Positions 10,961 through 23,716 of a stretch of DNA of 64,000 nucleotides are shown here, in pieces. A program made the translations under genes and the position numbers. The stretch comes from Balanoglossus misakiensis. Lineage: Eukaryota > Animalia > Hemichordata. The notes beneath the pieces are model-generated. The model made no database searches, was not told the origin of the DNA, and worked only from the letters and a program-made list of their open reading frames with translations. Location: assembly GCA_040954595.2 (NCBI GenBank), contig CM082584.2:2883344-2947343 (forward strand), in the 5' to 3' direction. Position 1 is the stretch's first letter, and every line of letters starts with the position of its first letter.

Positions 10961-13900
10961 TCAAACAACAAAGTCATCATATTTCCTCGGTGTAGTGGAC
11001 TTCCTTTCACTCCTCGTCACGGTGGTTTGTCGTGCTGGCGCTGACATCCGTTTCACTAGTTTTCTGTCTATGTCTTCAGATGTAAACTGGGTGACATCTG
11101 TACGCGATGTAGAATGTTTTCCCTCGCTGAAACTGCATGGCGGTGAGTATTTCACAGCATCCTGTTGAGGTGGTGGTGAAATGTGTTGTGGCCTAGATGT
11201 TTGTGTTTCCTCCTGGCTGTGATCTGTTCTGATGAATCGGCGATTTCTCCTATACAAACGACCGTTGTCAGTCTCAATCAGGTAAGATCGTGGACCGACC
11301 TTAGCAACACAGGATCCCTTCTGCCATGGGTCTCTGGGCTGTACTGGCTGCATTCTGACCGAATCTCCTATTTCCAGTTCTGGTAAAGGTCTGGCGCTCT
11401 TGTCATATGCTGTCTTTGCTCTCTGCTTCTTGTGTCTAATGTTGTCTGACACATCATCTGTTACACGTGGTTTCAGCAGTAACTGTGCTGTTGGCATGGT
11501 GGTTCTGGTGCGTCTAGACATTAATTTCTGGACAGGGCTTGCACCATAACTATCTGGCGTGTTTCTCCATTCAAGGATTGCCATGTGGAGGTCCTTGCCA
11601 TCACGCTTAGATTTCTTTACTAGTTTTTTGGCGATCTTCACAGATGACTCCACCTTGCCGTTACTCTGGCTGTAATGAGGCGAGTTGGTGGTGTGTTTGA
11701 ACTCCCACTCACGTGAAAATGTGGCAAATTCTTCACTTGTGTATTGGGGCCCATTGTCTGTCATCATATTGGCAATTCCGTGCCTTGCGAAGTGAGTCTT
11801 CGTTTTCTCGATAATGGTGGCTGCAGTGGTGTCGTCGAGCTTGTCTAACTCGAAATAGTCACTGTAATAGTCAACGGTGACCATATAGTTGTCTCCATGT
11901 ATGGTAAACAGGTCCTGGCCAACTCTGGACCACGGTAAGTCCGGTACTCGGTGGGACATGAGTGGCTCTTTCTGTTGTTTGGACAGGAAGTCGCTGCATA
12001 TCTCGCATGTCTTCACTCTGTCTGTAATCTCCGCTGCCATACCCGGCCAGAAGAGAACATCCCGTGCTCTCCGCACGCAAGCATCTGCTCCGAGGTGGCT
12101 TGTATGAGCTCGTGATATCATTTGTTGCCGCATCGATCTTGGAATGATCACTTTCATTCCCTTGTACAGAACTCCATCCTGTGCGGTCAGTTCGTCTCGA
12201 TAGTTCCAGTATTCGCGTATGTTGATGGGAACATCATCCCGCGTTTCTGGCCATCCTGTCATCACTGTACTCATCAGTGTCTGCAAAGTTGGGTCGGAGC
12301 TGGTGCAACACATGACCTGCTGATGGGTGCCTTCAGATAGACGTATGTAGTCGATCTGGTTTATCTGAGCTATTTCTTCAAATAGCTGATCTTCCTGATT
12401 CAACTGGAAAATCTGGTATTCTGGACTGCATTTTTCTCCGCGGCTGCTGTTTCCTAGCTCACAGGCTCTGCTCAGCATATCTGCTATATACATCTTTGAA
12501 CCTGGCAGGTAACCGACGTTCAAATTGTATTTCTGTAGACGGAGTAGCATCCGTTGTAGGCGTTTCGGCGCTGAATGTATGGCTTTCTGGAATATTGTCA
12601 CCAATGGCTTGTGGTCAGTCTCGACTGCAATGGATTCTCTTCCATGAAGATACTGATCGAATCTGCATGCTGCAAAAACGATAGCCAAACACAATTTGGG
12701 CATATCTGCGTTCGGTTTGCGATAGCGATCTCGACGCAAACGCTACTGGCTGCCCCTGCTGCAATAGCGTGGCTCCTAGTCCCGATTCAGATGCATCACA
12801 CTGAATGGTCACTTCAGTATGTACATCATAGTACTTCAGTACTGGTGCTGTGCTGATGAGCTGTTGTATGGTGGCGAAGGCCTCTGCTTGCTGGCTTCCC
12901 CACATGAACTCGACATTCTTCTCTATGACTTTGCGTAAGGGTTCGCATACCTCCGACTGTTTCGGCATAAATCGCGAGAGGTAATTGACGCATCCGAGAA
13001 GGCGCTGTATTCCCTTCTTGTCGGTTGGCTGTGGCATGTTGACGATAGCTGATACCTTGGCAGGATCTGGCTTCAGTCCGTCTGCCGTAAGTAGCTGTCC
13101 CATGAAAGGCACTTCCTTTCTTCTCAGTCGGAATTTCTTCTTGTTCAATTTGAGGTTGACCTGACGTGCTCGCTTAAGCAACTGTATCAGGTTTTGGTCA
13201 TGGTCTTTGAGTGCTTCTTCCAATGTGTCACCGCATCCGTAACACAGAATGTCATCTACAATCTATTCAACTCCTGAGAGTCCTGACAAAACTTCGTTTT
13301 GACGACGCTGGTACTCTTCTGGAGCGCTGCTGATACCTTGTGGCAAACGTAGATAGCGGTATCTACCAAATGGAGTCCAGAAGGTGGTGAGACTTGAACT
13401 GTCCTCATCGAGTTTCACTTGAAAGAAACCATCTTTCGCATCCAGGACTGTGAATACCTTTGCTTTCGCAAGCTTGGGTAGTAACTCATCCACAGTCGGT
13501 AGCTGATACTTCGGCCGCTTTATCGCTTTATTTAAGTCTCTGGGGTCCAAACAAACTCTCAATTTGTTGGGTTTCTGCACTGCTACGAGACTGCTTATCC
13601 AATCAGTTGGCTCAGTCACCTTTGTGATGATACCTAACTTCTCCATCTCATCTATTTTCTTTTTCAGCTTGTCTTTCAGCGGAATTGGTACTCGGCGTGG
13701 TGCATGCTGGGTCGGCGGGACTGCTGTGTCAATCTGAATGTGATACTCTCCAGGTAAGCATCCGAGACCATTGAAAACATCATGGTATGTATCCATTATT
13801 TTGTCCCATGTGATCGGTTCATACTGCTGATGACCTTGTAACATGTTCACTGACTTGGGCATTTGTAGTGATATCCAGCCGTTTCGTATCCATGTGTTGC

Positions 13901-15127
13901 CATCTATAATTGGCCATGGAGCTTTCTTCAGAATGTCAAATGTGATGTCACACTTCGGGCCATTGCCAGTGCTGACTGTCATTGTGTATGTCCCCAATGG
14001 AGTGATGACACTGCCGTCATACAGCTTGATTTTCCCCTTGGGTGGACCTAGGCTGACATTTCCATTCTGTACAATGGTTTGCATGTCCAAATACGACATA
14101 GCGCTGCAGGTAGCTCCAGTGTCTAACTGTGCAGTTGCTTTCGAAAGATATTTCGTGTGAAATGTCATTGGCACCATGAATGCGGATCTTGTCTTGGATG
14201 GATTCGCTGCTCCGATGCGATGGACGGTGAAAATAGAACCATCAGAATCGCTTTCACTTCCTTCATGCTTTGCTGTATGATGAACTTTTCTGTTCTTGTT
14301 GTCTTATCTGGCTTTGCGTGCACCTTGACATACCGCTGCAAAATGGTTGAGCTTTCCACATTTGTTGCAAGTCTTTCCATATGCTTGACATTTTGCTTTG
14401 TCTCTATCATGTGCTGCTCCACAATATTTGCACAAACTTGCTGCATTCGGTTTCGTGCTTGCTGCGTTTCTTGCTGGACGAAATGGCTTTGCTGTCTTTG
14501 GCTTGCTGCGTGTGTTGCTATAGCGATGCTGCTTTTGTGCGCTGTGCACTGTGTCCTGAGTTTCAGCTGTGCCTTTCAGCTGTTCTCTGTGCTCTCTAGA
14601 CAGTTCACTAGCTCGTAGTGCTTCTACACATCGTGTCAAATCTGGAACTGGGCGTTCTCTCAGCAATCTGTCTCTGGTATGTGAATCCTGAGTGCCCATA
14701 ACTAGCCTGTCTCTGATAAGACTGTCATTCAGCGTTGAGAATTCGCATGACTCTGCAAGCTGGCGTAGTCGTACCACATACTGATCTATGGATTCATTTT
14801 CAGTCTGGTTTGCTGATCCAAACTTCACCCTTTCGAACAGTAAATGCTTTTGTGGCTTGAAATGTCTAGTGAGTTCCTGCAGTATTCGTTCTGGTTTTTT
14901 CTTATCTGTTTCGGATAAGGTGGTAAGGCTGTTCATTACCTTGACGCATTCCATCCCCATCACGCTGCAAAGTGCGCCTGCTTGAACTTCGTCAAGTTTA
15001 TCTTTGAGTTCAGTGGCAGTGATGTAATGGTTGAACCGTTCCAGGCCGTTTTGAAGTTGTCCCAATTCGTGGAAACGTCCCCTTTCACATTCATGGGCTG
15101 TGGCGCTGGTATCTGATACGTAGACAT
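10961..15127 (-). pseudogene. Gypsy-1 gag-pol (single-frame type), four lesions
   Basis: ATG 15127 (MSTYQIPAP); frameshift ~15035; in-frame TAA 14304-14306; in-frame TAG 13263-13265 just before IVDD; frameshift ~12700 in RNase H. Motifs LDTGA, LDAKDGF, LPQG, CDAS, TDHKPL, HHCC, DNGPQY. Confidence 0.9.
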
Positions 15128-15377
15128 ATCGACGGTATGAGGTTGCTACTCACGCTGGGTCGATTTTCTTAGTGTCCGTAGTTGTCGACGCTGAGTTGAC
15201 AATATGGCTGCTCGGGCTGCTGATGTACACGAAACGTATGTGCGTCCGGTCACGTAGGCACCTATAATCTGCTGCTCAGATGGGCTACTTCGGGCGTTTT
15301 TTCTTCTGAGAAAATCGTATTATTTTGCGTCGCTGCTGTCTATTTTTCTTCTCAGGCTTGTCTTACCGCTTCGTGCA

Positions 15378-15392
15378 CCACTTCTGACACCA
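15378..15392 (-). promoter_or_regulatory. Primer-binding site, tRNA-Leu type
   Basis: TGGTGTCAGAAGTGG directly after the 5' LTR, complementary to the ...CCACTTCTGACACCA 3' end of metazoan tRNA-Leu. Confidence 0.8.
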
Positions 15393-15560
15393 TGTTATGT
15401 TGTGGGTTACAGAACAACCATCGAACGGACACTGCTTAGTGGAACATTAACAACAACTTTAATCGGCCATGTCAGCAACTTACAAAGAACATTGAATCCT
15501 GGGAGTGACCTGTGACCTCGGGACCGTACCACTGTAATACAGGTAAGTATCCTCATAACA
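15393..15560 (-). repeat. 5' LTR of Gypsy-1
   Basis: TGTTATG...CATAACA terminal inverted repeat. Confidence 0.95.
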
Positions 15561-18500
15561 ATTAGCTAGTCGACGCAATCCCAACAAAACTAACTTGCCA
15601 GTTGAACTCAAGACTGCAACATCGTGCTATGGTGTAATTTGTGAATGAATTTCAAGGCAATGTTAATGACATAACAATGCAATGGCTTCCCAGGAAGATA
15701 AAGACCCACAGGTAAGTTACTTTTGAACTGAATTTACGCTGTCCGTCTCATCATGACCACCCATAATCTATCAACAGGTGTTTCAGAATAAATATCCGTC
15801 TGCTGAGATTTTTCTTGGTTCAAGTGGACTGAAACATTTCAACGACAAAATTTACAAATTACCACCCGGACAGAACGTGTCGCAGCAAAATTAAAGTTGT
15901 GAAAACTTGACAAATTGTCGATGAAATTCAACACTGCAGACAGCAACTTGTAGACACGGCAATATATGTGTGCTCACATTTGCATGTTAGCTCCAATTGC
16001 AAGTCAGCTCAAACCAGCTCTGTGCTATGCGCGTTTTGTACGCCTAAAATATTAGTCCATGAATCTGACTTGTTCTACAAGACATCAAATGACTGTCCAA
16101 ACATCTGTGGAAAGGTGAATCAGTCAGTCAGTCTATCCGTCAGTTGTGAGTGGGGTGTCTGTGTTGGATCGAGAGACTGTGAGTGGGGCACACAACTTTT
16201 AACAATGACATCATGGAAACTGTTTGTTGTTTGTGCTGGACGTACAAAGTTTTTACTAGTAATAAATTGCTCGTCATATTTTATTATCACAATCCAAAGT
16301 TTTCAATCTATGTCTGTATTACTGTATAGTCAATCATTCTCGAGTCTGATTAGCATCTCTTCAGTGGCTCACTCCACATAGATACCAATTACCATATCAA
16401 CAGACAATGACCTTTCTGACCTGTGCGAGTTCATTCAAGGTGACACAATTGTCGATTGTAAGCGAACAGTGTTTCAGCCGCACTCAGTTTAATGTCATGC
16501 TAACCTATGATCACTTGGCTATCAGGTTTTATTGGGCCAGTGGCATGCTTGATCTAGATGTTATTTTTGGAAGCAAAGTTGACGGCTAGATACTAGACTA
16601 GGATAGTACATGATCACATACACGCCAAGATGAATCATTATAAACACAGAAATTATAGTGTCCTTCATAGTTGCATAGGTGTATGCAGGGACAGTTAAAT
16701 TCTCTTCATCTTAATTTCATTCAAAAGCCTTGAATGCTAAATTTTCATGTTGGGATCGGTACGTAACAGCTTGAAAATGTAATTCGCCCATGCAGTCAAA
16801 TTTAGATAACAAGAAACAATGTTCTCTTTGTGTAGCCCTTATTAGAAAGGACAGGTATGGTCCCTTTTGGCCATAATGCCCTGACCATATCATCGATCGC
16901 CTCATGGTATCACACAAACAAACACACAAAATGTTGAGTGGTTTACGAGGGTACTCGTTCTAAGCTATTTTCTTCATGATGTTTAGAGATGGCAAAACGT
17001 TGACAATAGCAAAGATGCTGAAAGCCAGTTACCAAACATTCTTTGAGAAATTGTGTTAAAGATGTATGATCAGTAAAATTGAACGTGTTGTTATTTCTCT
17101 TAATTGTACATTTTTGGTTTCTCCTTAAATTATAAGCATTAAAAATTTGTGATAACATGTAGGTTTCACGGCGCTTGTTTTTGAAATACAGGGCTGTGAA
17201 TGAGTCAGCATTTTTCACCAATGGTTTGTCTATGGGCAAAAACATTTAACAAAGTTTATCTCAAAATAGAGCGTGGTGACCACATGATTTTATTTGACCA
17301 ATGAATTTATTTTTACTTGACTGTAAAATTTTGTGAAAATGACAATAGTAGAAGTGATTTTTTCTAGCGATTATCAATGAAATCATTTATGGGAAAAGAC
17401 AAACACATACTATTTTTGCACAGTTTACAAGTTTATGTTTTGGACGTACATCCTTAAGAGGAGTCTAGCAACTTTGGGGAAAAATTAACACAGGTATCTT
17501 CCACTCTGGCCCCCCAAAATACTCTGATTGTACTGTCACCTCTTGGTATCATCCAAATGCAGTGACGTTTAAGTGAGACAAGAACGTGTCGGAACAATTT
17601 GTGTTTTTAGACCAAAGCGACATCTTTGATCAATGTGCGTATAACATCACAACACCTTGGCCACACCCACTCCTTTGAGTGACATCTTGCTTAACTCAAA
17701 AGTCATTGCAAAATGACATTGTTGCTAACAGTAATTGGCACTCAGCTATACATAGGGATAGTAGGTCCAAACGTAAACTTTAACGATTAATGTTGATTGA
17801 TTTTATCTGTGCAGTATCGAGCGGCGACATCGACAAAACAGTCAGGGTGTTACGCCCAAAGTGGAACTAATCGCTTCCACGTACAAGAAGAGATACGTGC
17901 GATTATGGGCGTCGTTCATGGTGGGACTAATACATGTACATAGACTGGAGCTTTCTGGTAAAATGAGGCTGACAGTTTGTTTCTATGAGGAACATAATAT
18001 GACTGGGTTTCAAATGAACACCAAAGAAAATAAAAGTACAAATGAATTACATGTAATTATTCCATAATTGTTTGCATTAAATATTATGGTTTATGACAAC
18101 TTTTGAGGTTCAGTGCTGTGTGTATTTGACTGCACGCAAAGAAACTTTGTGAGCACGCAAATAAAATAAATCCATTGTGAGCAGTGCACCTAGCAATGAA
18201 CCCTGTGCATATAAGGGTAATTGTGCCGATCAATTTGTATGATTGCATTTTTTATTCAATATTGTTTGTTTCTGTCCTCATTTATAATTGTGTCATTCAA
18301 ACCTGCCATTAAGTCTGCTGTGCAAACATTAGCAATGGTTTATTTCCTTTGGCAGGGATGGAAGAATCTTCACCCGCGCTCCGAGAGTGTACAATGAAGT
18401 CGAGCTGACAACCTGTGCGAGCCCGACGATGTGATTGAAATGTTGTGTATCAAATGCCTTCACGACAGGGCTTCCTGTTTCTCATGTTGTGTTCACAAAA

Positions 18501-19669
18501 GGCTGTAATAAAATATGGACTCACCATAAAGAAGCTGTGGGTGGCAGGACTTGCATGCACAACTTGGAGAAACGAAGAGACAGGCCGAGGACGGAACAGT
18601 CTTCACATACATCAAGCAGCAACACTTCTGTCACTAGTGTCAGACCATCCCAAAGCTTTTCTATTCTTTCAAAGTCCAATATACTCATGTGATGATGAGC
18701 ATCAACCAGTCAGAATCAAGACTTACACTGCCACCAGTGAGGGCGTACATAAGGGGTGGATCATTTGATATCCAAGAGAGGGGGCCTGGAAGATTTTCTA
18801 AAACAAAAAGATTTCAAACAAATGTCAATAAAAAACGAAAGTCGTTTTTTTAAAACTAGAGAAAAATAAGATGGCACACGTAGGTGAAAGATAATAAGTC
18901 CATCCAAGGTTGCTTTTCTGAACACAGTGTTTAAACATATTTGGGTGCAACTTGTAGACTGCATCATATATATTGTTTCTTGGCCCAAATTGTGTGTGTG
19001 TGTAGGGGGGGGGGGGAATTCCGAATGTGCCCTTCCTATGATAGCTGCAAAAATTGTAGCCTAGATGGGCTGGTTGATCAAGCCCGTCAGCGATCAACCA
19101 GCCCACCAAAGCTACAATTATTGGACCTATTCTTATGATAGCTGGATCCATAGGGTAAACTGTACAAAACAAATCATTGGCAGTATAAAATGTGGTAACT
19201 TTTGGCTTTTGTTTCTTCTCATTGAATTTTGACATCGCAAAGAAATTTTATATGTCAGTCAATACTTATAATAACATTGAAATATGCATGAAGTTGCACA
19301 GCTCATATAAATATTACACCACTGGCTACTAAGCTATATCATGCCACTTTTATGACCCCTTTTGACCTCCTGATCATGGAATTTTGTTGGTGTGAGTATA
19401 CAATTTCAAGTTTACCAACCATGCTATTAAATCAATGCACTTTTTCTCATCCTTGAACAAAACTGTTAAACATTGCCTGTGTTAGAAAGATTAGCTGTTG
19501 TATTTAACATTGAATGATGAATGATGTCAAACCAACAAATCACCAGGATGTAAGGTCACACAGGGGTCATGAAAGAGACCTGTAAGATACTCTTGTTCTC
19601 TGCCCACTTTCTAACCCTGCTGTCACTACCAGCAGCAGGAATGGGACAGGTCCAGGCTATATCTATAGG

Positions 19670-19815
19670 ACTGTCTACACTGCGTGATGATTGGTTAAAC
19701 CTAGGATGAATATGCATAGACTTATGAATATGTATATACAAGCATATAAATATAGAGAAAGTAGTGCATCTGGTGACATCTCACTATACATCTATACGGC
19801 GGCTTGAGACGCAAG
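19670..19815 (+). repeat. Split direct repeat A1
   Basis: Essentially identical to 25301-25446; contains TATAAATA. Confidence 0.9.
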
Positions 19816-19840
19816 TTTACCAGTGTCCGGGGCGCTCGTC

Positions 19841-20053
19841 ATGACTTCAGCTGGACCTTCGCGTGCTGCGGGTGCCACTCCTCAGGGGAAGACAGTTCTG
19901 CAAACCCCAGTGATAAACCCCACGTTATTGGCGTCTGTAGGTACGAGAACAACGACGGCAAGCACCATAGTAGCGACGCAGAGCCTTCGCACGGCAGCAA
20001 CTACAACGGTGCCAGCGTATACTACCATGACTACACCAGTTTCGAATGCGCCG
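19841..20053 (+). CDS. Putative leader exon of the DIRS element (71 aa, Thr/Ala/Ser-rich)
   Basis: First ATG after A1; 213 nt ending in CCG|GTGAGT, a phase-0 donor. Function inferred. Confidence 0.5.
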
Positions 20054-20542
20054 GTGAGTTTGGATTTTTTTGCAGTGTTACCACTTCCAAATGAATTAAG
20101 CCAGAATATGTGGAGAGGTCATTGGGCCTGCCGTCAATAGTTTAGCACGGGTTGGGGAAGTGCAATTTCATGTGGGTCTATGCTTCGGAAGGTTTTCTCT
20201 TCAGGAATATGGAGTGAACGATGCCGGAACAGGTAGGTTCTTGGAGGGATCGGGAGCGGCTTACGGCTATCTACCGATGTATGGCATGTGGCTGTTGGCG
20301 TCCCTGTAAATCAGGTCGACGCGGATATTGAGGAGAGGTGTGAAATTGGAAGCAACTGTCGTCCCCATTGCCGCAAGTGGGTAAGACGAGGATAATTGGC
20401 GGCCCCGTTTCACGGGTTGACGCGGTATGGTGGAAAAAAATTTTTGAGCCGACATGGGCAGCTGTGAAACCAGTGCCATTGTTCTCACTTGCGACTTGAG
20501 GTGTGGCTGAATCTATTGTTCTCATGCAAGTGATATGCATGA

Positions 20543-21058
20543 ATGTTGCCACTGTATATTGATGTCTTCTGGTTTTTTGTTCATCGCCAGATGCTGCAGA
20601 CGGTACGGGCTCATGACGTTACCGTCAGAGAAGGACAGGAGAGATTTGAAAGAGCTTTGGCGGAACTTCGCCTCTATGCCGAGCGAGAAGAATGCATTTT
20701 CGTCCCAGAAGAGGCCTTGGCACGGTTCCAGTTGGTGGTGGATACAGCGCTAGAAATACAACACCCGGAATATCCCAAATACATAGCTATGCTGAGAGCT
20801 CTACGTAAAGAGCGGCAATCACCAGCGATTGCAAACATGGTACTAGCGCTAGTGGGCTCGAAAGAACACGCCGATGTAATGGAAAAGATCGCGAAAGTCA
20901 AGAAAGCGAGTGGAACGAAGGACTCGTATGAGAGAAAGCCAGGAAAGATGAGAAGTGGGAGATGTTGGAGATGTGGACGATTGGGACACTTTTCTCGAAA
21001 CTGCTTTAGTCGTGATGATTATGATAGAGATAGTAGAAGGGACAGAAGAAAAAAGTAA
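20543..21058 (+). CDS. Gag-like protein with CCHC zinc knuckle
   Basis: CWRCGRLGHFSRNC near the C-terminus; likely real exon start 20591 after a pyrimidine tract and CAG. Confidence 0.8.
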   Translation: MLPLYIDVFWFFVHRQMLQTVRAHDVTVREGQERFERALAELRLYAEREECIFVPEEALARFQLVVDTALEIQHPEYPKYIAMLRALRKERQSPAIANMVLALVGSKEHADVMEKIAKVKKASGTKDSYERKPGKMRSGRCWRCGRLGHFSRNCFSRDDYDRDSRRDRRKK

Positions 21059-21205
21059 AACTGTGTCATGGTAGATTTCGTGACAGACCTCATGGTTGGT
21101 GTTAAATAATAAAGTTCATGTGGAACGGCTTGCTGCATACGAAGAAATTGTTTATGTTGGCTTTATTTGTTTGGGAGACGACGAATGTGAGAAGTGAGTT
21201 TCATG

Positions 21206-21257
<52 letters not shown>

Positions 21258-21309
21258 GGGGAGTTGACTTGGGTACTAAATTTCCAGTCACTCCTGTTAA
21301 CTGGGCTAT

Positions 21310-23538
21310 TTGGTTTGCTTTCAGATTTCACTTCCACGTATACCAGATTGGGAACGAAAAGTATCCGTTAATCCAAGAAAAGCGTATCACGACTACCTGT
21401 TACGGAATGTTGACTGGGTTGATTGGAAGGGAGATCCCGCTCCGACTACTGTGGCCCCACATCCATCAATGGTTATGAATGGTTTGGTAAAGGCGTCATC
21501 TAGGGATTTGCATTTTCGGAATCCTAGAACATTCTTGGCAGGGGGGCTTCATCAACAACGTGACCAATGGCTGGCCATCCTTCAAGGACAAGAAAACGAA
21601 CAGTTGGTGGGAGGATGGATCAAAAATGGTGTTTCTGTGTTCGACTTCGTTGTTCCTTTCCATGGTAATTTTCAGGGAAAGGAGTATGATCTAGCATTCC
21701 CACCAAGTGTGTATTTTCCAAATAACACTATTTGCAAGAGTCACATAGACTTCATCAGCCACACCATTTTAGAAAGGGTTCGTTCTGGTGCACTTGAAGT
21801 CTGGGGCGAGGTTGGAAAAGTGAGGCCTCCGTATTTAGTCATGCCATTGACGATCGAACCGACAAAACCTAGGTTGTGCCACGATGAAAGGTTTCTAAAT
21901 TGTTGGATGAAAGACCTTCCATTTCGCTTAGACAGAAATACTGATGTACCAAGATACCTGGAGCAAGGTCATTTTCAAACTAAGCTGGACGATAAAAGTG
22001 GCTATGACCATGTGTTGATCAACATCACAAGCCGAGCTTTATTAGGTATTCAATGGGGAGGGTGGTGGTTTGTGTGTGCTACAATCCCCTTTGGTTGGAA
22101 ATGTTCACCCTTTATATACCAGACCATAGGCTCGGTTGCAATGAATGAGGTACGAAAGTATGGAGTCCCATCATTGTTGTATATCGATGATAGACATGCA
22201 GGACAGTTGCGACTTCATTCTTCCCATGGATGGTCTGACATGGAAAAGGCCCAGGCTGCATGTTTTATTATGTCATTTGTAATGATATCACTTGGCTACT
22301 TTCTTGGCCTTGAGAAGTGTATTGTGGTACCAACTCAATGTTTGGAGTTCCTCGGCTTTCAAGTTGATTCAGTTAAGAAAGAGTTCAGCATCTCCCATCA
22401 GAAACAAGTAAAGTTCGTGAACTTACGGGAGGACATTTTACGTAGCCCCTGTGTTTCTGTCAAAACCATGCAGAGATTGATGGGGAAGTGTGTTTCGTTG
22501 TCCGTAGCCGTTCCGTCGGCGAAATTGTATATTCAGCAGATGGCAGCTTCCGTGTCTAAGGCTGAGAAAGAGGGAGGTATGATATTTCTTCACCCAGAGT
22601 TACGGGAGGAAATATTAAGCTGGAGGAGGTTGGAAGCAGGGAATATATATAGTCAATGGAAAGACGAGAAACACGTCAACATAAGGATCGCAAGTGATGC
22701 CTCTCAGTATGCTTGGGGCGGCATCTGTATGGCGGGAGGAAGGAGAGGGGAGATAAGAGATTACTGGGGTACGGATATGCAGGGAAAACCGATAGCGTTT
22801 AAGGAGAGTAAGGCGCTTGAGAGAACATTACTGTCATTTGAAAGTGTGGTCCGCAATACCCGGGTTATTGCCTATACGGATAACAAAACGCTTTTACATT
22901 GCTGGCAGAATCTCAGAAGTAGAAGCAAGGATATGAATAGCGCCTTGAAGACCATGTATGAGGTAGTAGATGACTTGGATATCATCTTAGAAATGCGGTA
23001 TATTCCGTCTAGTGCCAATCCAGCTGATTTCCCATCAAGAAAACTTACCTCTCAGGATGCACGGCTAATCTCGAGGTATTGGCAGAAGATTGACAGGGAA
23101 TTTGGAGGGAAAGATGGCCACTCTGTGGATTTAATGGCCCTAGATTCCAATACTGTGCAGGGTAGAGATGGGAATCCGTTGCGACATTTTACGCCTTGGA
23201 AAACGCCCGATACTTCGGGGGTAGATGTGTTTGCACAGGATTTAACGGGCGAGGATTGTTATGTGTTTCCTCCTTTTCACTTGGTCGGGCCGGTATTAAA
23301 GTTCCTCAAAGAACAGAAAGCGTTGGCTACGATCATTGTGCCGAAAACGTCACCCGTCCAATATTGGTGGCCGATTCTACATGGGGAGGCGGTGAAGTGT
23401 CTTGAAGTAGCTCGGGCAGGGTCGTATATCTTTGAAGTTCCCAGAAAGAATGGGTGGGGGCAGACTCCGTCCTTGTGTGACATATGGGCATTCAAATTAG
23501 ATTATACCACAGATTATACACAGGAGGATATGGAATAG
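21310..23538 (+). CDS. Reverse transcriptase - RNase H - DNA adenine methylase-like polyprotein
   Basis: RT: DDKSGYDH, IPFGW..SP, YIDD; RH: SDAS..WGG, TDN, NPADFPSR; DIRS MT domain: DLMA..N, DVFAQD, YVFPPF, YWWP. Confidence 0.92.
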   Translation: MVCFQISLPRIPDWERKVSVNPRKAYHDYLLRNVDWVDWKGDPAPTTVAPHPSMVMNGLVKASSRDLHFRNPRTFLAGGLHQQRDQWLAILQGQENEQLVGGWIKNGVSVFDFVVPFHGNFQGKEYDLAFPPSVYFPNNTICKSHIDFISHTILERVRSGALEVWGEVGKVRPPYLVMPLTIEPTKPRLCHDERFLNCWMKDLPFRLDRNTDVPRYLEQGHFQTKLDDKSGYDHVLINITSRALLGIQWGGWWFVCATIPFGWKCSPFIYQTIGSVAMNEVRKYGVPSLLYIDDRHAGQLRLHSSHGWSDMEKAQAACFIMSFVMISLGYFLGLEKCIVVPTQCLEFLGFQVDSVKKEFSISHQKQVKFVNLREDILRSPCVSVKTMQRLMGKCVSLSVAVPSAKLYIQQMAASVSKAEKEGGMIFLHPELREEILSWRRLEAGNIYSQWKDEKHVNIRIASDASQYAWGGICMAGGRRGEIRDYWGTDMQGKPIAFKESKALERTLLSFESVVRNTRVIAYTDNKTLLHCWQNLRSRSKDMNSALKTMYEVVDDLDIILEMRYIPSSANPADFPSRKLTSQDARLISRYWQKIDREFGGKDGHSVDLMALDSNTVQGRDGNPLRHFTPWKTPDTSGVDVFAQDLTGEDCYVFPPFHLVGPVLKFLKEQKALATIIVPKTSPVQYWWPILHGEAVKCLEVARAGSYIFEVPRKNGWGQTPSLCDIWAFKLDYTTDYTQEDME

Positions 23539-23716
23539 GATGTTATATATAGGCCTATGTACAGTCGAATACATATGCTGGATTTACAGGAATCCTATTG
23601 GGGTGGGGCGGATTTTACAGCTATTGATGTTTTATAATGTTAAGACACGGAAATGTTAGTGTGAGATACTTGGGTGGAATCGTATTTAGTTTCGATCTTG
23701 TTATTTACAGCTACTA

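Larger units (their letters stand above)
10592..15560 (-). mobile_element. Ty3/Gypsy LTR retrotransposon (Mag-like), full length, disabled ORF
   Basis: 168-bp TG...CA LTRs, 5-bp TSD ATTAG (10587-10591, 15561-15565), PBS, PPT, gag with two Zn knuckles, PR-RT-RH-IN order. Confidence 0.95.

Noticed and set aside
17816-18770. Exon-like plus-strand segments (17816-17957 and from 18356) with AG/GT boundaries
   Set aside because: The second segment has in-frame stops and I recognise no domain; a translated homology search would be needed.
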